Below, piece after piece: positions 35,892-45,718 of a DNA stretch of 64,000 bases. The notes under the pieces were generated by a model. That model ran no database searches and was not told the DNA's origin. It saw nothing but the letters and a program-made list of their open reading frames with translations. A program made the position numbers and the translations under genes. How positions within the stretch are numbered: position 1 is the stretch's first letter; each line of letters starts with the position of its first letter. This DNA is from an uncultured bacterium (GTDB taxonomy: Bacteria; Patescibacteriota; Minisyncoccia; UBA6257; 2-01-FULL-56-20): positions 296,347 through 360,346 of the forward strand of contig CAVOJZ010000002.1 of assembly GCA_963696395.1 (NCBI GenBank), in the 5' to 3' direction.

Positions 35892-36478
35892 TATAAGCTC
35901 GCTTCACCGCCGGAGCTTTGCACTAATCGAGTGCTGTAGAGCAGTTCTCGGCTTTGTTTGAGCAGCCAGTGCACGAGCAGGGCTGAAAGGATGCCGACAA
36001 CAGCGCCACCGATGATATCAAGCGGCCAATGGACACCGACATAGATCCGGGCAATGCCGTTCACGAGGGCAAATATGAAAAACCAGACTCCCCACTTCCG
36101 ATTGATATACCAGATCGTCATCGCCATCGCAAAAAACCATGCGGCGTGGCCGGAAGGAAATGACCAACCGGATTCGCTGATAAGCGGCATGAAGTTATAG
36201 AAGGAAAACGGCCGCTCGTGGTGATAGAAAAAACGAATAATTTCGGTGACGATGCCCCGCGAAACGATGATCGCCATTGCCCCTTCGGCAAACCAGTAGA
36301 GCTTGCGGCGCCATCCGCTCTGGCTCAGGATTAAAATTAAAAATCCCACTACTAAAAAGTATGGGAGCCATTGCGCAAGAAAGATACCGAGTCCGTCGAG
36401 CCACATGCTTCGCCCGACAAAGTTATGAAACCACAAAAAAAGCGATTGGTTAAAGGACATTCTTTCAGTGTACCGCAA
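35891..36478 (-). CDS. PAP2-family phosphatase (undecaprenyl-diphosphatase / PgpB-like)
   Basis: The PAP2 motifs PSGH and RIYVGVHWPLD are present within six TM helices. Confidence 0.75.
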   Translation of the reverse strand: MRYTERMSFNQSLFLWFHNFVGRSMWLDGLGIFLAQWLPYFLVVGFLILILSQSGWRRKLYWFAEGAMAIIVSRGIVTEIIRFFYHHERPFSFYNFMPLISESGWSFPSGHAAWFFAMAMTIWYINRKWGVWFFIFALVNGIARIYVGVHWPLDIIGGAVVGILSALLVHWLLKQSRELLYSTRLVQSSGGEASL

Positions 36479-36484
36479 AAAACG

Positions 36485-36688
36485 CTATTTGCGCACGTAA
36501 GGCAGGAGCCCCATGAACCGGGCGCGCTTGATGGCAAGCGCAAGCTTTCGCTGATGTTTGGCGCAGATGCTCGTATGCCGTGGGTCGATGATCTTCGCCT
36601 GGCTCGAAACAAAACGCCGCAGGAGTTCAATCTCCTTGTAATCAATATTCTTTAAGTTCTGCGAGCAGAAAAAGCACTGTTGGGACAT
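36485..36688 (-). CDS. rpsR: 30S ribosomal protein S18
   Basis: CFFCSQNLKNIDYKEIELLRRFVS..IIDPRHTSICAKHQRKLALAIKRARFMGLLPY matches S18 along its length. Confidence 0.85.
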   Translation of the reverse strand: MSQQCFFCSQNLKNIDYKEIELLRRFVSSQAKIIDPRHTSICAKHQRKLALAIKRARFMGLLPYVRK

Positions 36689-36697
36689 AATATTGTT

Positions 36698-37270
36698 TTA
36701 TACTTTTCTTACCTGGAGCGAATCGAGCTCCACGGCGGTATCGCGACCGAAGATCGGGACGAGAACCTTGATGCTCCCCTTCTCTTCGTTGACTTCCGCA
36801 ATCTTTCCGTCATATTCCTTAAACGGACCGTCGGTTATTTTTACCAGATCACCCACCTTCAGGTCAAGCGTCATCTTGCTCTCGTCGCGACCGGTGCGGG
36901 CGAGGAGCAAATCAACCTCATCCTTTGAAAGCGGCGTCGGCGTTGTATTGTCCGGGCCAACGAATCCGGTGACGCGCGGCGTGTTGCGCACGACATACCA
37001 GGAATCCTCGGTCAGGATCATTTCAACCAGCACGTAGCCCGGATAAATTTTTTCCTCCACGGTCTGGCGCTTGCCGCCTTTCACCTTGATGGTTTTCTCC
37101 TTCGGCACAAGCACGTTAAAAATCTTATCGCCCATCGTGAGCGACTCAACGCGCTGTTTCAGGTAACGCGCGACAGCCTCTTCGTAGCCCGAATAGGTCT
37201 GCACAGCATACCATTGGCGAAGCTGGGGCTTTTCATTTTGCGAACCGGAGCGAGGATTGGAAAGTGCCAT
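36698..37270 (-). CDS. nusG: Transcription termination/antitermination factor NusG
   Basis: The NGN domain WYAVQTYSGYE and a C-terminal KOW motif (VGDLVKITDGPFKEYDGKIAEV) are present. Confidence 0.9.
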   Translation of the reverse strand: MALSNPRSGSQNEKPQLRQWYAVQTYSGYEEAVARYLKQRVESLTMGDKIFNVLVPKEKTIKVKGGKRQTVEEKIYPGYVLVEMILTEDSWYVVRNTPRVTGFVGPDNTTPTPLSKDEVDLLLARTGRDESKMTLDLKVGDLVKITDGPFKEYDGKIAEVNEEKGSIKVLVPIFGRDTAVELDSLQVRKV

Positions 37271-37271
37271 G

Positions 37272-37460
37272 TTATTTTATGACGATCGTTCGGATGATAT
37301 AGGTGAAAATATAATCGCACGCGCCGAGAAATACGGCGAGCGATAGCGAAATGCCGATCACGATGCCTGTGAGCCGGGTTGCCTCCTGGCGAGTCGGCCA
37401 GTTAACGTGGCGCAGCTCGGTTCGGGATTCAGAAAAAAAGCGTTTGATTCGTTCGAACAT
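37272..37460 (-). CDS. secE: Preprotein translocase subunit SecE
   Basis: It has a single TM helix and the ELRHVNWPTRQE motif. It is adjacent to nusG, the conserved arrangement. Confidence 0.8.
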   Translation of the reverse strand: MFERIKRFFSESRTELRHVNWPTRQEATRLTGIVIGISLSLAVFLGACDYIFTYIIRTIVIK

Positions 37461-37596
37461 TGTTTCCTATTATATACCTCTTTTTTAATAAATAAAAGAC
37501 CGCTATACTCGCGGTTTGAGGTATTTGCAGTATAAAGCTTTCCGAGCATGTTCGTCAAGCAAACAGGGACGAGGGTGAACAAGGCTGCGCCTTATT

Positions 37597-38649
37597 TTAA
37601 CGACCAAAAAAGCTCGACGCAATAACGATGATTCCGGCCACAAGCACAGCCATGCTTAACAGCTGAATTTTTATCGCGCTCCCCGCGCCTTTCCACTCGC
37701 CGGTTGCAATACCGAGCACATTCGTTGCAATAATCCCGGTCGCGAGATTAATAGCGTAACCGACGGACGTGCCGAGCTCTCCCAGATACGCCGTTGCAAT
37801 GGCATACAATCCAATGCCGCCGAACCAAAAAAGTCCGGCAGCAATACTTCCGGTCACCGGCTTTATTTGTACATGTCGGAACAGTGCAAATGATTTATTC
37901 TTAAACAAGAGAAATAGGGCGTATCCGGCGTTCACAAAAAATCCTCCGAAAATTACCGCTTCAATAGCGACCAATGGCGACCAATGCGGAGATGCGCCGA
38001 ATGACGCCGCAAGAGATATGATATTTTTTGCATAGGCAAAGCCAACGTTATTCATCGGCGAGATTATTCCAGACACGATTGCCATCAAGAGGCCGAAGCC
38101 ATATTGCCGCGGCCGCGCACCTGATGCTTCCGCCTCTAACATCCTTTCCCGGCGCAGGCCGGCGTAACCACTTACCGCGGTGCCGATAATCAATATCGCT
38201 ATCCCGGCAATGATCATGAAAAGGGTCGAAGGGCTGAGCACCGCGCCGCTTGAGAGCAACGGCACAATGGTTCCAATGATGGTCGCGAGGCCGATGACGA
38301 TCGTAAACGTGAGAGACATGCCGATTCTTTCAACACCAAGTCCGAAGAGAATCGATCCGATACCCCAGAGAGCACCGAAAAACATTGGCGCCATAAGCAT
38401 GCCGAAGGACAAATGAGCGAGAATCTGGGGAGATGTCGGGATAACGATTGCTATCCAAATCAAAGGAAAGATAAGCAACGCCACGAAGGAATAGACAAGC
38501 CAGAAATTTTCCCACCGCCACGGGCTTTTATATTTTAGGAAAATCGCAAAACTGCCATTTAAAATTCCTCCCGCGACGGCAACCGCGATGCCGACAGGTA
38601 CCGAGCTCATATGCCCAATTGTATCAAACACCGCTCGCTGGTGAAACAA
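37597..38649 (-). CDS. RhaT-family sugar:proton symporter (L-rhamnose/H+ symporter family, DMT superfamily)
   Basis: The ten-TM pattern matches RhaT, including FGALWGIGSILFGLGVERIGMSLTFTIVIGLATIIGTIVP. Confidence 0.65.
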   Translation of the reverse strand: MFHQRAVFDTIGHMSSVPVGIAVAVAGGILNGSFAIFLKYKSPWRWENFWLVYSFVALLIFPLIWIAIVIPTSPQILAHLSFGMLMAPMFFGALWGIGSILFGLGVERIGMSLTFTIVIGLATIIGTIVPLLSSGAVLSPSTLFMIIAGIAILIIGTAVSGYAGLRRERMLEAEASGARPRQYGFGLLMAIVSGIISPMNNVGFAYAKNIISLAASFGASPHWSPLVAIEAVIFGGFFVNAGYALFLLFKNKSFALFRHVQIKPVTGSIAAGLFWFGGIGLYAIATAYLGELGTSVGYAINLATGIIATNVLGIATGEWKGAGSAIKIQLLSMAVLVAGIIVIASSFFGR

Positions 38650-38663
38650 CTGACCCAGCCAAG

Positions 38664-40727
38664 TTAAATATCCAGGTTCTGCACGGTCGCAGCATGAGCC
38701 TGAATGAAGTTCTTGCGCGGTTCAACGGCGTCGCCCATTAATACATCGAATAGCTTATCGGCGGCTTCCGCGTCTTCAATGGTCACCTGTTTCATCAACC
38801 GATTCTCCGGATTCATGGTGGTTTCCCAAAGCTGCTCGGCATTCATTTCTCCAAGCCCCTTATACCGCTGAACGTTCGGCATGCGCTTGCCATCGCTGCC
38901 AACCGCCGGCGCTTCGCCCTCGCTGGCGACCTCTTCCTCTTCGGTCACAACTTCGGCCTCGGCCGCTTTTTTCTTACTCGCCTTCGCGGCACTCTTTGCA
39001 TCAGCCGTTGTCTTTGCATTCTTCTGCATCTCGGCGATCACTTTGTCTTTTTCATCATCGGAAAATGCATAATGCACCGCTTTGCCAAGCTGGATACGAT
39101 AGAGCGGCGGTTGGGCGATATAAACATATCCTCCATCCATCACTTCACGGAAATAACGATAGAAGAGCGTGAGGAGAAGTGTGCGGATATGTGCGCCGTC
39201 AACGTCGGCATCGGTCATGATAACGATTTTGTGATAACGCAATTTTTCCATATTAAATTCCTCACCGATCGCGGTGCCAATCGCAACAACCAAAGCGCGA
39301 ACTTCGGCATTCGCAAGCATCTTGTCCAAACGTGCCCGTTCAACGTTTAAAATCTTTCCTCGGAGCGGCAGGATTGCCTGCGTTTGGCGGTTTCTCCCCT
39401 GCTTCGCGGTGCCACCGGCGGAATCGCCCTCAACAATGAAAAGCTCTGAATCCTCCGGGCTCTTCGAAATGCAGTCCGCGAGCTTGCCCGGCAAGGTGAG
39501 CCCTTCAAACGCACCTTTCCGCAAAACCGTTTCGCGCGCGGCGCGGGCAGCCAATCGGGCTTTGGCGGTCAGGATGACTTTGGCGATAATGGCACGCGCT
39601 TCCGCGGGATGCTTCTCCAAGAATTCTTTGAGTCCTTCGTTGATCACCGCCTCTGTTGCGGTGCGCGCTTCCGGATTGCCAAGCTTGGCCTTGGTTTGGC
39701 CTTCGAATTGCGGCTCGCGAAGTTTCACGGAGAGCACAACAACCTGTCCTTCACGCACATCGTCACTTGTGAGATTCTCTTCTTTTTCCTTGAGGTATCC
39801 TTCCGCGCGGGCATAGTTATTGAGCGTGCGGGTGAGCGCAGCTTTGAATCCCGTGAGATGCATGCCACCTTCGGGTGTGTAGATATTATTCGCAAAACTC
39901 ATTTCCTGCGTACGCGTGTCGTCCACATACATGAATGCGCACTCGATATCAATATTCTGGTTTTCCTTTTCAACGTAGAAAATGTCCTCGTGGAGCGGAT
40001 TCTTTTTTTGCGCAAGGAACTTCACGAACGAAAGCACGCCGCCTTCGAAATAGAAACCGTAGAAAAGCGGCGTCTTGGGGCGGCGGTCAATCACGTTGAT
40101 TCGAACGCCCTTCGTGAGATAAGCCTGCTGGCGCAAGTGCTCCAAAACGGTCTTGTCGTTAAACTCAAGTTCGGAAAAAATCTCCGGATCGGGCGAAAAC
40201 GTCACCTTGGTGCCATGCTTTTTCGATGCTCCTACGCGGCGCACTTTATATTTTGGTTTGCCGCGAACATATTCCTGTTCATATTTTCCGCCGTCGCGCT
40301 CAACTTCCACTTTTGTCCAGTCCGAAAGCGCATTCACCACGGAAACACCCACGCCGTGCAAACCGCCGGAAACTTTGTATGACTCCCCTCCGAATTTGCC
40401 GCCGGCGTGCAGGGTTGTGAGAACGGTTTCGAGCGCGGATTTCTTTGTCTGCTTATGGATGTCAACCGGAATACCGCGGCCGTCGTCCGTGACGGCAACT
40501 TTATTTCCTTCGAGCAACTCGACGGTCACATTCTTGGCGAACCCGGCCATCGCCTCGTCAACCGAGTTGTCTACAACCTCCCAAATCAGATGGTGTAGCC
40601 CAAGAGAACCGGTTGAACCGATGTACATACCGGGCCGTTTCCGGACCGGCTCAAGCCCTTCAAGCACATAGATGTCCTTGGCACCGTATGAAGCGCTGCC
40701 TTGGTTTTTCGAAGTTTTTTCTGCCAT
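38664..40727 (-). CDS. gyrB: DNA gyrase subunit B
   Basis: The GHKL ATPase domain (GLHHLIWEVVDNSVDE), the Toprim motif EGDSAGG and the C-terminal GyrB tail are present. Confidence 0.93.
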   Translation of the reverse strand: MAEKTSKNQGSASYGAKDIYVLEGLEPVRKRPGMYIGSTGSLGLHHLIWEVVDNSVDEAMAGFAKNVTVELLEGNKVAVTDDGRGIPVDIHKQTKKSALETVLTTLHAGGKFGGESYKVSGGLHGVGVSVVNALSDWTKVEVERDGGKYEQEYVRGKPKYKVRRVGASKKHGTKVTFSPDPEIFSELEFNDKTVLEHLRQQAYLTKGVRINVIDRRPKTPLFYGFYFEGGVLSFVKFLAQKKNPLHEDIFYVEKENQNIDIECAFMYVDDTRTQEMSFANNIYTPEGGMHLTGFKAALTRTLNNYARAEGYLKEKEENLTSDDVREGQVVVLSVKLREPQFEGQTKAKLGNPEARTATEAVINEGLKEFLEKHPAEARAIIAKVILTAKARLAARAARETVLRKGAFEGLTLPGKLADCISKSPEDSELFIVEGDSAGGTAKQGRNRQTQAILPLRGKILNVERARLDKMLANAEVRALVVAIGTAIGEEFNMEKLRYHKIVIMTDADVDGAHIRTLLLTLFYRYFREVMDGGYVYIAQPPLYRIQLGKAVHYAFSDDEKDKVIAEMQKNAKTTADAKSAAKASKKKAAEAEVVTEEEEVASEGEAPAVGSDGKRMPNVQRYKGLGEMNAEQLWETTMNPENRLMKQVTIEDAEAADKLFDVLMGDAVEPRKNFIQAHAATVQNLDI

Positions 40728-40790
40728 AGATACCTACTATTTTAGCAGAAATTAGGTCAAATTTCCAATACCCATGAATGCTCCAAAAGC

Positions 40791-41108
40791 CTAGGAAATA
40801 TCGAGCTTTTTCTCTATCCTTTCGAGCCGAAATTCGTGGTTTGTGAGCACGCCGTGAATTGTGGCAAATCCGGCCCGCATTTCCTTGCGCAAGTCCTCGA
40901 TTTCTTCATGTAATTGCGTATAGAGCAGCTTGAACCCGGCTTGCATCTCGTTGCGAAGGTTCTGCGTCTCGCCATGAAATTCTTCACGCAAATCCTCCCG
41001 CACCGCAACAAATTCGCGCTGGGTCATAAGCGCCAAGTTTTCAACCGCTTCCAGGATCTGTTCCGCAATTTCGTTTCGCACATCCTCATCGTAATCAAAT
41101 TTTTCCAT
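40791..41108 (-). CDS. Hypothetical coiled-coil protein with internal LR(N/K)EMxAGF repeats
   Basis: MEKFDYDEDVRNE... contains the repeated elements DLREEFHGETQNLRNEMQAGF and IEDLRKEMRAGF. The internal Met at 41108 was chosen as the start. Confidence 0.4.
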   Translation of the reverse strand: MEKFDYDEDVRNEIAEQILEAVENLALMTQREFVAVREDLREEFHGETQNLRNEMQAGFKLLYTQLHEEIEDLRKEMRAGFATIHGVLTNHEFRLERIEKKLDIS

Positions 41109-41172
41109 GGGGCAAGTTAAATTTAATAAAAATTTAATGAATCGGCGCGGAGGATTGGCGGCGGGTCGTCCG

Positions 41173-42318
41173 CTAGAAGTGAACCGTGAGCGGTGCGCCA
41201 AGTCCTGTCACGTAGTCATATCGTTTCCGTGCATCGCAATAATATTTGCAGGTGCCGTTCGCGCCGCTCGTGATATCCCGGAAAAATTCAAGCGTATCCG
41301 ATGATGCCTTGTCGTTATAGAGATTCGCCGCCGTTGCGGAAAGCCCAAGCGCATGGATTGCGGCCCATTGCGGCGCGCCGGCCGAAGTGCCGCCGATCGT
41401 GTACCATCCGTTCTTTGAAGTGCCGCCGGATTTGTATACGGAGAAGCCGGATTGCGGATCGGCGTTGTAGGCAACATCAGGCACCGCGCGTTTGCCGCCG
41501 GCTTTTGGAATGCTATAGGTCCGCTGGTAGTCCGGCTCCGGTTCGTAGGCGCTCACGCCGCCGCCGCTCCCCTGCCACGCTGATTCGGCAATAAGCGATC
41601 CATTTTTAAATAATTCGAGGGAAGTGCCGCCAACGGCGATAACATTCGGCGATGCCGCCGGCCAGCTCACTCCTGCGCCACGGTCGCCGGACGAAGCAAA
41701 GAAAACGGCGCCGGCCTTGCTTGCAAAATGGCGGTCAAGCGATGTCTCTTCCGAAAACTCCGGACCACCCCAGCTCATGGAAACGGCAACGACGTCATCC
41801 CGACCGGCCGCGTAATCAATGGCGCTCAGCAGATTGGCGCCGCTTTGCGTCTTTGCCTCGACAAGCAGGATTTTTGCCTGCGGTGCGATAGCATGCGCCC
41901 ACTCAACATCAAGCGCCGTTTCAAGCGCCCACCCGCTATTGGTCTTTGTTCCTGTCGCCATTGTGTGGCGAGTTAAACATCCATTCTTAATGGTGCACGC
42001 GGGCAAACCATAGGTCTCGTCAAAAACGCCAAGATCATTTTCGATCGTCGGAGAATCATACGCTTCGATGAGCGCAATCGTGCTGCTTGCGCCGCCGGTG
42101 AGCGGGATATTATAGATATGCTTAACCTCAAGGGGTGTAAGCCCTGCTGGCGATTTTTGGCCCGAGCGAAAGATGTGAATCGGCGGTGCGCCAAGATAAC
42201 CCGAAAAATGATATGCCGCATAGGCCGTATCTGCGACCTTTCCAGAATACATTCCGCCCGTCCACAGCCCGACAAACAAAATCATCCCGGCCGCAAATGC
42301 GGCGTTCTTTTTTACCAT
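41173..42318 (-). CDS. Secreted subtilase-like serine peptidase (S8/S53 family)
   Basis: A signal-anchor is followed by the SSGDRGAG and GGTSAGAPQWAA (Ser-box GTSxxAP) motifs. Confidence 0.65.
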   Translation of the reverse strand: MVKKNAAFAAGMILFVGLWTGGMYSGKVADTAYAAYHFSGYLGAPPIHIFRSGQKSPAGLTPLEVKHIYNIPLTGGASSTIALIEAYDSPTIENDLGVFDETYGLPACTIKNGCLTRHTMATGTKTNSGWALETALDVEWAHAIAPQAKILLVEAKTQSGANLLSAIDYAAGRDDVVAVSMSWGGPEFSEETSLDRHFASKAGAVFFASSGDRGAGVSWPAASPNVIAVGGTSLELFKNGSLIAESAWQGSGGGVSAYEPEPDYQRTYSIPKAGGKRAVPDVAYNADPQSGFSVYKSGGTSKNGWYTIGGTSAGAPQWAAIHALGLSATAANLYNDKASSDTLEFFRDITSGANGTCKYYCDARKRYDYVTGLGAPLTVHF

Positions 42319-42388
42319 TGGATAATGATGATTATTTTTTATTCGACACCACCATTATCCTCGGGACGCATTAAAAACGTATTAAAAA

Positions 42389-44327
42389 TTACCAGATACT
42401 GACACGGTCGTCGGGGTCACGCCAAAGCGCATTCCCCGGCATGCAGCCAAAAGCTTCGTAAAACTCCTTCATGTTTGAGAGCGGCCCGTTCACGCGGTAG
42501 CGTGAAGGCGAATGCGGATCCACCTGCACTTGCAGACGCAAAGCTTCGTCCCGTTCCATTCCTCGCTCCGTGACAGCGCAATTGATAAAAAACTGCTGAT
42601 ACGCCGTGAGGCCGTCAACGGTTTCAACCGCCTTCTCTTTCATGGCAAGCGTGAGGCCGTCGTAAGCAATGAGAAGTCCGCCGAGATCGGCGATATTTTC
42701 GCCGAGCGTGAGTTCACCGTTTACATGCAATCCCGGCAACGGTTCATATTGATTGTATTGTTCGGCAAGATGTTTTGTCTTTTTGTCGAATCGCTCCTTA
42801 TCTTCCGCCGTCCACCACTGCGAAAGATTCCCTCGGAGGTCAAAGAGCGAGCCCTGGTCGTCGAATCCGTGGGTCAGCTCGTGCCCGATGACAGTGCCGA
42901 TGCCGCCGAAGTTCACCGCATCATTTACCGCAGGATCAAAAAACGGCGGCTGAAGTATGGCGGCCGGAAATACAATTTCGTTCACGAGCGGATTGTAATA
43001 AGCATTCACCATCTGCGGCGGCATATGCCATTCGGTCCGGTCAACCGGTTTTCCGATCCTCTGCATTAAACGGTCCACCTCGAAGGTATACGCATTCATA
43101 TAGTTTTCGGCGTATGAGGCGTTCCCGATCGCAAGCGAGGAAATGTCTTTCCAGGTGTCGGGGTAACCGAGTTTCTTCAAGACCACCGCGAGCTTTGCAA
43201 GCGCTTTCTTTTTGGTTTCATCGCTCATCCAATCAAGCCGTTCGATGCGCGCCCGATAAGCCTGGCCGAGATGGTCCACGAGCTTACCAACGCGGGCGCG
43301 GGCGGATTCACTAAAATGCCGTTCAACATACAGTTTCCCGACCGCCTCGTCGAGCATCCCATTCACCACGCCAAGCACTCTCCGCCAGCGCGGTTTCATT
43401 TCGGTTGCCCCACCGAATGTCCGACCGTAAAAATCAAAAGCCTTGCGCTCGAAATCTTCACTTAAGAAATTTGCGAAGCCGATCACCACATGCCATCGCA
43501 GATAGGCTTTAAGTTCCTCGAAAGAAACCTCCGCGAATTGCCGATTGACCATCTCCAGGAATTTCGGCTGGCACACAATGGCATATGCCGGTACCGATAT
43601 CCCAAGCGCCTTGCAATAGATACTCCAGTTAATGCGGGGTGTGAGCTTTGCGATTTCAGAAAACGTCATCTTGTTATATTGCTTCTCGACATCACGCAAC
43701 TCCACGCGAGTCATGGATGCCTGCGCGAGCTCGGTTTCGATGGCGGTAAAAACCGTTACCGTCTCTCGCGTTGCCGTTCCGATGCGCGGAGCGATGGCGA
43801 GCATATCGAGGGCGAACTCGCCGTATTTTTTTCTGATGAGCGCGCTCTTCTCGCCGGCATCGAGATAGTAATCGCGATCCGGCAATCCGAGCCCAGCCTG
43901 GAAAAGATAGAGTGCGTTTATTTCGCTTTGCTTTGCGTCCGGCTCGAACCACCGGCGTCCACCATGCATTTACGCCGCGACGATGGAGATTCCCGACCAT
44001 GCGAACAAGCTCGTCTACGGTTTTCAAGGAATCAATCTCGTCGAAAATGTGCGCGAGCGGTTCGGCTTTGAGCCGGTTGAGTTTTTCAACATCCATGCCC
44101 GTCAGATAAAAATCCCGGACCTTCCGTGCATTTTCATCGAGAATCGCACCTCCTGAGCTTTCGAGCTCGTCAAATATTTTTTTAATCTGTTTCTCCACCT
44201 CAACGCGCAAGACACTGAACGACCCCCACCGTGATTCTTCCGGCGGAATGGGATGCTCCTTAATCCATGCATTATTTACATAACCGAAAAAATCGTCGGC
44301 TGGTTTTATGTTGGGATCAAAAGCCAT
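42389..44327 (-). pseudogene. M13-family (neprilysin/PepO-like) zinc metallopeptidase, split by a frameshift
   Basis: The N-terminal ORF (43692-44327: DDFFGYVNNAW..RGVNAW) and the C-terminal ORF (42389-43969: ..EPDAKQSEINALYLFQAGLGLPDRDYYL..NAYY..HELTHGFDD) lie in different frames. Both cover the junction near 43940-43970. Confidence 0.7.
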
Positions 44328-44401
44328 AATGCCACAATTATAACGCAACAAACCTGCGGCCGCTATCGTATAAGGAGGTAAAATAGGTTATAATAGTCAT
44401 T

Positions 44402-44965
44402 ATGAAAAATATCTGGAAATATCTCGTCGGAGCCGTCGTCGTGATTGTTTTTATCGGCTATGTACTCTTCAGCCGCCAGAATTCGGAAACGGCCGCTCTA
44501 AATGTTAATCCTCCGGTTGTAGATAACAGCACGGGAACGGCCCCGGCCTCTCAAACGCCAATACCGACATCCACAGGCGGGACCGGAGCCGCAGGGGCTG
44601 GCTCGGGATCGGGTACAGGCAGCGGCAGTTCGGCGGGCGGTAGCGCGGGAACCGGTTCAACTGGCAGCGGTTCGAACGGCCTCTATAAAGATGGAAGCTA
44701 CACTGGCACGGCGGCAGACGCCTTCTATGGAACCATCCAGGTTAAGGCCGTCGTGAGCGGCGGCCAATTGACGGACGTGCAATTCCTCCAGTATCCGAAT
44801 ACACCCGGCCACTCGAGCGAAGTCAGCAATTTTGCACTCCCCCAGCTTAAGCAGGAAGCTATCGCCGCGCAGAGCGCAAACGTAAACATCGTTTCAGGGG
44901 CAACCCAGGACAGCCAGGCGTTCCAGCAGTCACTCGCATCCGCACTCGCCCAAGCAAAAGCCTAA
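44402..44965 (+). CDS. Membrane-anchored FMN-binding domain protein (NqrC/RnfG-like) with an SGAT flavinylation motif
   Basis: It has an N-terminal TM anchor and a Gly/Ser-rich linker. The FMN_bind domain ends in NIVSGATQDS, which is an ApbE target-type motif. Confidence 0.7.
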   Translation: MKNIWKYLVGAVVVIVFIGYVLFSRQNSETAALNVNPPVVDNSTGTAPASQTPIPTSTGGTGAAGAGSGSGTGSGSSAGGSAGTGSTGSGSNGLYKDGSYTGTAADAFYGTIQVKAVVSGGQLTDVQFLQYPNTPGHSSEVSNFALPQLKQEAIAAQSANVNIVSGATQDSQAFQQSLASALAQAKA

Positions 44966-44971
44966 TCTCCG

Positions 44972-45715
44972 ATGAAGCAAATACGGGTTCTTATGGGAAT
45001 GCCGATATCGGTTGAAATTATCGATCCCAACGCGACCGAAAAAATTTTCGACGATGTATATGATTATTTCAAACACATCGACGAAAAATTCAGCACATAT
45101 AAACAAACAAGTGAAATAACGGCAATCAACGAAGGCAAGCTTCCCGAAGACCAGTGGAGCGAGGAAATGCGGCTCATCTTCACATTATCGAACGAGACCA
45201 AACGTGAAACGAACGGTTTTTTTGATATAAAAACACCGAATGGGACGTATGATCCATCGGGTCTCGTTAAGGGATGGGCGATCTGGAACGCGGCCCAGCT
45301 CATTTTAAAGAATGGCTTCAAAAATTTTTACGTTGACGCCGGAGGCGACATCCAGCCGGGCGGCGTAAACGACCAGGGCGATCCATGGACCGTCGGCATT
45401 AAAAATCCATGGAACGAGGCCGAGAATGTGAAAATCATAGAAGTGACGAAGGAAGGTGTTGCCACATCGGGCACCTATATCCGCGGGCTCCACATCTATA
45501 ATCCCCGCACGCAAAAACCCATTGATGAAATCGTGAGTCTCACGGTCGTGGGGCCGAACATATATGAAGCGGATCGGTTCGCAACAGCGGCCTTCGCCAT
45601 GGGGAAAGAAGCGATCAATTTTATCGAGGCACTTCCGGGCTTTGAGGGATACATGATCGGACAGGATAAAATTGCCACCATGACGCGCGGGTTCGAAAAA
45701 TATGTTAAAAAATAA
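44972..45715 (+). CDS. apbE: FAD:protein FMN transferase (ApbE family)
   Basis: The ApbE core (GMPISVEI..AINEG..DAGGDI..GVATSGTY) is present. No obvious signal peptide is seen. Confidence 0.85.
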   Translation: MKQIRVLMGMPISVEIIDPNATEKIFDDVYDYFKHIDEKFSTYKQTSEITAINEGKLPEDQWSEEMRLIFTLSNETKRETNGFFDIKTPNGTYDPSGLVKGWAIWNAAQLILKNGFKNFYVDAGGDIQPGGVNDQGDPWTVGIKNPWNEAENVKIIEVTKEGVATSGTYIRGLHIYNPRTQKPIDEIVSLTVVGPNIYEADRFATAAFAMGKEAINFIEALPGFEGYMIGQDKIATMTRGFEKYVKK

Positions 45716-45718
45716 TTA

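Noticed and set aside
39609-40671. Plus-strand ORFs of 257 and 172 aa
   Set aside because: They are antisense to gyrB, which has unambiguous GHKL and Toprim motifs on the minus strand. They are spurious.
42389-44351. Programmed ribosomal frameshift in the M13 peptidase
   Set aside because: There is no slippery heptamer or downstream pseudoknot at the junction. A simple indel, giving a pseudogene or a sequencing error, is more parsimonious.
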